Source: Candidatus Saccharimonadota bacterium (GTDB taxonomy: Bacteria; Patescibacteriota; Saccharimonadia; Saccharimonadales; JAICHO01). Taken from it: a stretch of DNA of 49,105 bases. Positions within the stretch are counted from its first letter, which is position 1. Every line of letters starts with the position of its first letter. The translations under genes were made by a program, and so were the position numbers. Positions 43,178 through 49,105 of the stretch are shown here, piece by piece. The DNA lies in assembly GCA_025924835.1 (NCBI GenBank), contig JAICHO010000003.1, positions 1-49,105 on the forward strand, given 5' to 3'. The notes below the pieces were generated by a model that worked only from the letters and a program-made list of their open reading frames with translations, was not told where the DNA came from and did no database searches.

Positions 43178-43589
43178 ACAGCTTAAAATTTATATTGGTT
43201 GTTCGTTGACGCACGCGCCGGCAGAGTTTCGTAGTGCGGTGGAGGGCTTAAAACAAAGCCTGCGGCCAAGGTACCATATATATGACTTCCTTGGTTTGAA
43301 AAAGGGTACCATTGAGCAAGTCTACCAGTGGGATATTAAAAAGTGTGTCGCCGGGTGCGATTTGTTTGTTGCCATATGCGATTATGCTAGCCTGGGGCTG
43401 GGTTATGAACTGGGCGCTGCCGTAGAGGCATATGGCAAATTAGTGTTGGCCGTGGCGCATAAAAATGCGAACATCAGCCGCCTTATTCAAGGTATTGATT
43501 CCCCGCATTTTAACTTTGAGCGATATACTCATTTATCCGAAGTCAGTAAATATATTGAGTCAAAGCTCAAAATTGCTGACTTAGCTTAA
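43170..43589 (+). CDS. nucleoside 2-deoxyribosyltransferase / Rcl-like Rossmannoid protein
   Basis: KIYIGCSL first strand, and CDLFVAICDYASLGLGYELGAAVEAYGKLVLAV with Glu at the catalytic position of the family. ATG 43170 overlaps the upstream stop (ATGAGTAA). The track start is GTG 43161. Confidence 0.5.
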   Translation: MSKQLKIYIGCSLTHAPAEFRSAVEGLKQSLRPRYHIYDFLGLKKGTIEQVYQWDIKKCVAGCDLFVAICDYASLGLGYELGAAVEAYGKLVLAVAHKNANISRLIQGIDSPHFNFERYTHLSEVSKYIESKLKIADLA

Positions 43590-43640
43590 GAACATTTACA
43601 GCTCGAGGGGGCCTAACGCTTCTGATAGAACAACTAGACT

Positions 43641-44033
43641 CTAGGTACCAGTCTGACTCGCATCAAAATTGTCGTTAAATGCTTTTACGGTATCAGCAAG
43701 TTCGGTTGTAATTTCAGGCGCAGCTGGCGGTCCAAAGCCCGCCATCAGAAAATGGCCCCCGGAATCATAAATAAAGTGTACATGAGCAATTCTGTCTGGA
43801 ACATCTGGGCCAGACGCTGTGATATTTTGCTGTCCCGTGGCTGGGTGCTGGGCATGGTCTATACTAATGCCGCCAAGCGTAACAACAGTCCTAACAAAAT
43901 TGTCCGGACCGTCAAACGGAGTCACCTCAGCCAGTGGGCTCACTGCTGCACCAAAACTAAACCGTTCCAGCTCGGCTTCAAGCCGAGCTTCAGGCTCTCC
44001 TGGCCTAAAAATCAAATCATCCATTCCTGCCAT
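43641..44033 (-). CDS. hypothetical protein (130 aa)
   Basis: ORF only. Confidence 0.5.
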   Translation of the reverse strand: MAGMDDLIFRPGEPEARLEAELERFSFGAAVSPLAEVTPFDGPDNFVRTVVTLGGISIDHAQHPATGQQNITASGPDVPDRIAHVHFIYDSGGHFLMAGFGPPAAPEITTELADTVKAFNDNFDASQTGT

Positions 44034-44102
44034 AAACTAAGAATATAATGTAAATGTTAGTACGTCAATAACGGCAATTGCCTAGCATATTTGCAGATAA
44101 AA

Positions 44103-44423
44103 TTATTGGCTGTAAAGCCATCGCAAGGAGGCCGAAGGCTCCAGGTGAGGTGGTGATGTCATCTGGATAAGGAACCGCCCGTCTTGATCGGGGTCTTCCG
44201 GATCTATTTCTGTGTAAATCTCAAATAACCCCGCCCGTTCATCCGGATCTTTACCCATATAATACGCAACAGCTTGTGCCAAAAATCTCAATTCATCATC
44301 ATTAAATCCCCACCCTTCCGCGCCATCTGCCGCTTCTTGGACTTCAAGAGCGAACAGTATGCCTGCTTCATCCCAGCTAAAAGGCGGAAATAAATCTATG
44401 GTAATTCTATCTTGACTAGTCAT
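44103..44423 (-). CDS. small acidic hypothetical protein (106 aa)
   Basis: ORF only. Strongly acidic (DPEDPDQDG, EVQEAADGAEGWGFNDDE). Confidence 0.5.
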   Translation of the reverse strand: MTSQDRITIDLFPPFSWDEAGILFALEVQEAADGAEGWGFNDDELRFLAQAVAYYMGKDPDERAGLFEIYTEIDPEDPDQDGRFLIQMTSPPHLEPSASLRWLYSQ

Positions 44424-44486
44424 AAAGATATCATATCAAAAACAGATTATGCATTGATTGCTGGTTGGCTTTAAGACCCTCAGTTG

Positions 44487-44846
44487 CTAACGGTCCAAGG
44501 CTATTTTTACCAACGCCCGCATAAAAAGACTATTAACTAAAACCTCGGCTAAGGCCAGTGGGCTCATCGGGTCAATATCGTGCTGAATATGTGCTCCGCC
44601 ATATTCCATGAATACGGTAGATAAATGGAAATTTCCCCATCGGTCCTTAGCAAGTGTTTGGTACGCACGGCGATTATCTATTTCTCCTTCAGCGCGTATT
44701 CTTTCTGTTTTATTTTCGCTGGGGCACCCACCATCTAGCTTCACACCACTGCCTTTAAGCTCAGGAATGCTTAGCAACTCATTTTTGCCCAGTAAGCTGT
44801 CATGCACATGCTGGGTTAAGCGGTATGCCTCGTAAACTTCAGTCAT
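44487..44846 (-). CDS. hypothetical protein (119 aa)
   Basis: ORF only. Confidence 0.5.
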   Translation of the reverse strand: MTEVYEAYRLTQHVHDSLLGKNELLSIPELKGSGVKLDGGCPSENKTERIRAEGEIDNRRAYQTLAKDRWGNFHLSTVFMEYGGAHIQHDIDPMSPLALAEVLVNSLFMRALVKIALDR

Positions 44847-44943
44847 AAATTAATAATAAAATAAATACAAGAGAACGTCAATACAGACATGGTCTTGTTT
44901 TTAATAATTGATGGAGAGAGATGAACTAAGGTAGTATAAGCTT

Positions 44944-45252
44944 ATGAACATCAAAGAAATCCCTAGCGGGACGGTGCATAAAATGCCGCCGGATTTACAA
45001 AAGGCTTTGGCGTCTAATGCTAAGGCGCTGGCAGCGTGGGATAACATTACGCCGCTGGCGCGGAATGAGTGGATTTGCTGGGCTATAACGGTCAAGCAAG
45101 CGGCGACCAGGAAAAACCACATAGAACGGACTATTACAGAATTGCAGCAAGGCAAACGCCGCCCGTGCTGCTGGATAGGTTGCATCCACCGCCAGGACAA
45201 AGCCATAAGCCCATCGGTACGTTGGGTGCTGAATAAACGACCTAAATCATAA
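44944..45252 (+). CDS. YdeI/OmpD-associated (OmdA-like) family protein
   Basis: PPDLQKALASNAKALAAWDNITPLARNEWICWAITVKQAATRKNHIERTITELQQGKRRPCCW matches the family pattern. Confidence 0.55.
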   Translation: MNIKEIPSGTVHKMPPDLQKALASNAKALAAWDNITPLARNEWICWAITVKQAATRKNHIERTITELQQGKRRPCCWIGCIHRQDKAISPSVRWVLNKRPKS

Positions 45253-45253
45253 T

Positions 45254-45652
45254 CTAAAAATTAATCGTTACGTCGGTATCAATCATTGTTGAACCACTCG
45301 CATCAAGGTTAAATGAAGTCAATCGCGGATACATTACCACGACCCTAACATTGCAAAGTAACGAACCTGCTGCTTTCCAGGTAAAGGCAGTGTTGAAACC
45401 TTCAATCCTTGGGGGTCCATCCAAGATACTATATCTGCTGTTTTCTGCAACGGTTTGTTTGTCATCTTCAGAGAGGTCCGAAGGATAGACATTGCCTGCT
45501 TCATCTTGAACCCAGTCGCCTGTTTCTAGCAAAGTTACTAGGTTTTGTAAGCGGTACTTTGCCTCTGTGCCTAATGCTTCCGGACTTTGGATATCTTCAG
45601 CTAGAGTCTCTATAAAATTTTGAAAAGCTTGTTCGGCACCGTATTCGTTCAT
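45254..45652 (-). CDS. hypothetical protein (132 aa)
   Basis: ORF only. Convergent with 44944..45252, with a 1-nt gap between the stop codons. Confidence 0.5.
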   Translation of the reverse strand: MNEYGAEQAFQNFIETLAEDIQSPEALGTEAKYRLQNLVTLLETGDWVQDEAGNVYPSDLSEDDKQTVAENSRYSILDGPPRIEGFNTAFTWKAAGSLLCNVRVVVMYPRLTSFNLDASGSTMIDTDVTINF

Positions 45653-45812
45653 AAGCTAAAAGTACCATAAATTAAGTATGTACAATATTGCTAATGCTCG
45701 GCTCCCCCTAGTGGACGTACTTCGTAACTTTAAAGTTAAAGACATGTTCTATTCTGTAAATTTGCCGCTAGGCATAGCAGCATAATTTTTTAAGTTATCT
45801 ACCATAGGCGGC

Positions 45813-45818
45813 TATAAT
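45813..45818 (+). promoter_or_regulatory. -10 box TATAAT, 6 nt upstream of ATG 45825
   Basis: GGCTATAATGTTCGCATG. No Shine-Dalgarno, and the -35 element is weak. Confidence 0.45.
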
Positions 45819-45824
45819 GTTCGC

Positions 45825-47591
45825 ATGGACTTTGACATCACGTTAAATAGACCGTTTAACAGTTTTAAAACCTCTGTAAGTGCTCAGGGGCTTAATAAAT
45901 TCGTAATTTTGACGGGGCGTAATGGTGCTGGCAAATCGCAATTACTTCAGCTACTAAGCAGTGCAAACTACTCATCGCCCACTCCCGAAGGTGTAACAAC
46001 GATCACGATAGATGGAGAGAACGTACAACGTAATCAAGTACTGCACCTGGCTTCTTGGCAGATGCCGTCAGCTAATCCTACAAGTGCTGCTGAACTAAAT
46101 ACGGTATCATCGCAGGTTAGTGGCGCAATAAATCAGCTAATGCAAGGCAATACTGACGCGGTTATACAGAACTTCCCTACATTAAGTCCAAAGCAACTTG
46201 CGGAACTCACACAGCTTGTCCCTATTTTGCGATCTGAAGGATTTGATATTTACACAAATCCCCACGATTTTGATCGCGACATTTTTCCCAGGCTATCTTC
46301 AGATTTTGATAATCATACTGCCGAGATGGTAAATGAGAGAATAAGCCGAATAATTTATAAGGCTCATTTTACGGCTCTCGATGAGCGCCGGGATCTAACT
46401 CGAGAAGAAGACCCTATAAAAGTTTTTAATGATTTATGTGTTGAGTTTGATATGAAATTTCATCTTCAGCCTTTTGAAACCGCCTTACGACCTTATATCC
46501 CTACACTTTTGGATGAAGATGAAAATCGAATAGATTGGGCGCAACTGAGTGCAGGTGAAATGGTAATCTTCAGAATAATAACTTGGCTATTTTATCATCG
46601 CCAAAATCATACTTTATATCCAAAACTGTTATTACTAGATGAACCGGATGCACATTTAACTCCTAAAATGATTAGGAAATTCATCGATTCTATTCAGAAT
46701 GTTTTGGTAAACCAAATGGGTATTGCGGTAATTATGACCACTCATAGTCCTAATACAGTGGCACTTGTAGATGAAGATGCACTATATGAACTTACACGCA
46801 ATCATGGCGACCATAGCATAGAGAAAATAACTAAACATGATGCACTTATCACTTTTTCTGAAGGATTGTTGTTTGTGCAAGAAAAGACCAAACTAGTATT
46901 TTTGGAAGGAAAAGCAGACACACCTTTTTATAATAAGCTGTATGAGATAGCGGTTACTAAACATGGTTTTAGCAACAACCCTTCCTTAAAATTTATGGCC
47001 GTAAGTGAAGATGACCCCGATGAAGGAGGATGTACAAAGGTATTGGCGATGGTGCGCAAGTTTGAGGGCACTACCTTGCTAGACATCATCAATGGCATTA
47101 TTGATCGTGATAAGAATAACCAGCCCACTACTAATGTTAAGGTTTTGAATCGATACTCAATAGAAAATTACTTATATGACCCTATAGCAATACTGGTGTC
47201 GCTAATTAGATCTGGGGAGCATAAGAACTTCATAGATTCTATAGCACATATCGATACCAACGATATTGAGGTGGTGCTAACCAATAGCGCATTATTGCAA
47301 AGTTCTATCGATTCTATTATTACGCATTTAAAGTCGTCACAATCGAAAAAACTTGAGGAATCTCTTGTCGATTGTTCTATCAAAACTAAATTCGAACCAG
47401 GTATTTTAAACTATAAGCTGCCAAAGTGGTTTATTGATATGAAAAAGTCAGATTTAATGAGTGATACGATTTGGAAAAACGGTCAGCCGTTGAAGCCCCA
47501 TATCACTGAGCGGCAACAATATTTAGCTATGGACTCAGCAGGTTTTATCCACGAAGATTTATACGACCTGCTGTCTAACCTGATTGGGTAG
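45825..47591 (+). CDS. OLD-family / fused PARIS (AriA-AriB)-like ABC ATPase + TOPRIM(DUF4435-like) protein
   Basis: Walker A GRNGAGKS, signature-like LSAGE, Walker B LLLLDEPDAHL, H-loop TTHSP. The C-terminal half then has LVFLEGKADTPFYNKL (TOPRIM Glu), GIIDRDKN (DxD) and RYSIENYLYDP. Confidence 0.7.
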   Translation: MDFDITLNRPFNSFKTSVSAQGLNKFVILTGRNGAGKSQLLQLLSSANYSSPTPEGVTTITIDGENVQRNQVLHLASWQMPSANPTSAAELNTVSSQVSGAINQLMQGNTDAVIQNFPTLSPKQLAELTQLVPILRSEGFDIYTNPHDFDRDIFPRLSSDFDNHTAEMVNERISRIIYKAHFTALDERRDLTREEDPIKVFNDLCVEFDMKFHLQPFETALRPYIPTLLDEDENRIDWAQLSAGEMVIFRIITWLFYHRQNHTLYPKLLLLDEPDAHLTPKMIRKFIDSIQNVLVNQMGIAVIMTTHSPNTVALVDEDALYELTRNHGDHSIEKITKHDALITFSEGLLFVQEKTKLVFLEGKADTPFYNKLYEIAVTKHGFSNNPSLKFMAVSEDDPDEGGCTKVLAMVRKFEGTTLLDIINGIIDRDKNNQPTTNVKVLNRYSIENYLYDPIAILVSLIRSGEHKNFIDSIAHIDTNDIEVVLTNSALLQSSIDSIITHLKSSQSKKLEESLVDCSIKTKFEPGILNYKLPKWFIDMKKSDLMSDTIWKNGQPLKPHITERQQYLAMDSAGFIHEDLYDLLSNLIG

Positions 47592-47799
47592 TGTAATTTA
47601 AGCCTATATATCTCTGACGCTTCCAAAGGGTACGCGTTTGATAATGATGTGCTTCATATTAGCCATTTTGGCTGGCACAAGTGTAAATTCGCCATAACGG
47701 TCATTTATTTTATCTGATGCATCAGCTATTGACCTGGTTTCTAGCCGCGTCAAATAGGGTCATTCGGCCCCTGGTGAACTTACTTTGCGCGGGCTTTGC

Positions 47800-48489
47800 T
47801 CAGGCGAAAGCTTGCCAGCGTAAAAAATGTCGCCTAGTAACTTCGTGAGGAGCTGGTTGTGCACAATGAACTGTAGATGGCGCAAGTATAACAATTGTGT
47901 TTAGCGGTAATTCTTCTATTCCAAAATTCTTATTTAGCTCAGCTTCGCGCTTTAAGTGGGTTAGTGTCTCACCTTCAAAATCACTTGCTTCGGTAGCTCC
48001 TTGTAAAACCTGCGTAGGTACGTCATTCATCACGGTGCCAACAAGCTTAAGTTCTAGATCATAAAATCCCGTAGAGGCAAACTGATCACTATTGACGCCG
48101 CCAGGCATAGTGCCATCCATATGCGGTTGCGCAAATGTATGCACCTGCCCCGGATAGAGGTGGGCACTGAAGTGATCAAAAAATATTCTTGAACCAGGGT
48201 ATGCAGACCCTAAGATTAACTTAGCGGCGCCAACAAAAATTAAATGCGCTTCTGTATATTCGGAAGGTTGTTCTGCAGGATCAAACTCTTCGCCTGCTTG
48301 TTTTATGGGCCGTAAAGGAAAAGGTGTTGGCTGGGGTATAGGCAAATCACTTACATCAAATGGCGCAAGTTCAAGCCAATCTTTTCTGGGTTCAGCCAGT
48401 GCCTGGGGTGAATATGGTGAAGCAACATGCCTCGCTACAACACTTTCCTGCCAACCACTAGGCAGCGCAACCTCAACACAGGAAATCAT
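47800..48489 (-). CDS. hypothetical protein (possible HxD...H...R 2OG-Fe(II)-oxygenase-like site)
   Basis: AQPHMDG ... STVHCAQP ... RRHF. Assigning these to a 2OG-Fe(II) fold is speculative. Confidence 0.5.
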   Translation of the reverse strand: MISCVEVALPSGWQESVVARHVASPYSPQALAEPRKDWLELAPFDVSDLPIPQPTPFPLRPIKQAGEEFDPAEQPSEYTEAHLIFVGAAKLILGSAYPGSRIFFDHFSAHLYPGQVHTFAQPHMDGTMPGGVNSDQFASTGFYDLELKLVGTVMNDVPTQVLQGATEASDFEGETLTHLKREAELNKNFGIEELPLNTIVILAPSTVHCAQPAPHEVTRRHFLRWQAFA

Positions 48490-48557
48490 AAAGATACAGT
48501 ATCATATAACAACTAGTTAGTCAAAGTGTGGATCACTAGATCTGTGGGACCTTTCAG

Positions 48558-49019
48558 CTATAGCAGGACCACTTGCACGTCTGCACCCAGTACACTTTTG
48601 GCAATGCCAGCCGATCTTATTCTTACTGCCTCATCCTCAATGGCATAAAATGTGCCGCTGCTGCCACCCATTGCAAATCGTTTTTGATTATCGTTATCGC
48701 CAAAGAACACAACTCCCGCATCAGATACTCCTAACAATCTCATCAGCTGCGGGTTGTCATGTATTACGCTATTAATTTGTTCAGTAGGAATATCCCGGCC
48801 CTCTTTAAGTAGTACGGCCTCCGCGATATCTTCGTGGTAAAGACTGCCCAGTCTGTGTCTGTAAAGCAAGAAACCTGCACCAACGTAGAACACCTCATTC
48901 ATAACTACAAAGATGCCTTGCACGGTGTGGAATCTGGCCGGAAACTCCTCAAACATAGCCACATGCAGCTCCCCGGCTTTTCCGTCACACAAATCAAATA
49001 TTTCCCCGGGATTGCTCAT
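48558..49019 (-). CDS. hypothetical protein (153 aa)
   Basis: ORF only. Its ATG overlaps the stop of an upstream frame (ATGA). Confidence 0.5.
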   Translation of the reverse strand: MSNPGEIFDLCDGKAGELHVAMFEEFPARFHTVQGIFVVMNEVFYVGAGFLLYRHRLGSLYHEDIAEAVLLKEGRDIPTEQINSVIHDNPQLMRLLGVSDAGVVFFGDNDNQKRFAMGGSSGTFYAIEDEAVRIRSAGIAKSVLGADVQVVLL

Positions 49020-49105
49020 AAGCCTAAAGTATCATAATTCATTATTAATGCAACTTTAGATACAGAGATAGGACAAGCCCTAACAATGTCTATAAACTCA
49101 GGCAT
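49016..49105 (-). CDS. short or partial ORF reaching the window edge
   Basis: The reverse-strand frame is open from the last codon of the window (ATG at 49105..49103) to TGA at 49018..49016 (MPEFIDIVRACPISVSKVALIMNYDTLGL). The 4-nt ATGA overlap with the next gene suggests coupling. It may be the end of a longer gene. Confidence 0.3.
   Translation of the reverse strand: MPEFIDIVRACPISVSKVALIMNYDTLGL

Noticed and set aside
1-49105. CRISPR arrays, transposases/IS elements, rRNA genes, or an alternative genetic code (UGA recoding as in some CPR lineages)
   Set aside because: No regularly spaced direct repeats and no transposase- or Cas-like ORFs were seen. Recognisable genes translate full-length with the standard code, and some coding frames terminate at TGA (for example 47800..48489). 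Recoding is therefore not indicated.

Overview
49.1-kb chromosomal window with about 60 protein-coding genes and 3 tRNA genes, all with an encoded CCA. I found no rRNA, CRISPR array, transposase or integrase. The gene content includes a sortase, a type IV pilin, a PEGA protein, a DUF3048 protein, a MacB-type ABC pair, many orphan ORFs and many promoters placed directly on start codons. That fits a small-genome, Gram-positive-like bacterium, plausibly Candidate Phyla Radiation / Saccharibacteria. This placement is inference from the sequence, not a database result. Recognisable housekeeping genes are gltX, pyrH, xth, rlmH, tRNA-Glu(CUC), tRNA-Leu(CAA) and tRNA-Ser(GGA). They are interspersed with two histidine-kinase/response-regulator pairs, an orphan kinase, a umuD/umuC-like mutasome operon, envelope genes and blocks of orphan genes. 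Most interesting: (1) At 40.7-43.6 kb there is a divergent four-gene cassette. One arm pairs a pol-beta NTase-like protein with a wHTH/pseudo-Nudix sensor, and the other pairs a ParB/Srx-like protein with a nucleoside-2-deoxyribosyltransferase-like protein. The arms share a control region with a 20-bp palindrome, and I cannot assign the cassette to any named system. (2) At 45.8-47.6 kb a single-chain ABC-ATPase/TOPRIM(DUF4435-like) protein of the OLD / fused-PARIS type sits in an AT-rich-looking island of small orphan genes. (3) The UmuD-like protein lacks both residues of the Ser/Lys self-cleavage dyad. (4) A WhiB-like Fe-S domain protein occurs in a non-actinobacterial-looking context. (5) A -10 box 6-12 nt upstream of the ATG with no Shine-Dalgarno recurs at 9 genes, which implies leaderless mRNAs and moves several start codons. 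All functional calls come from motif recognition by eye, with no searches run.
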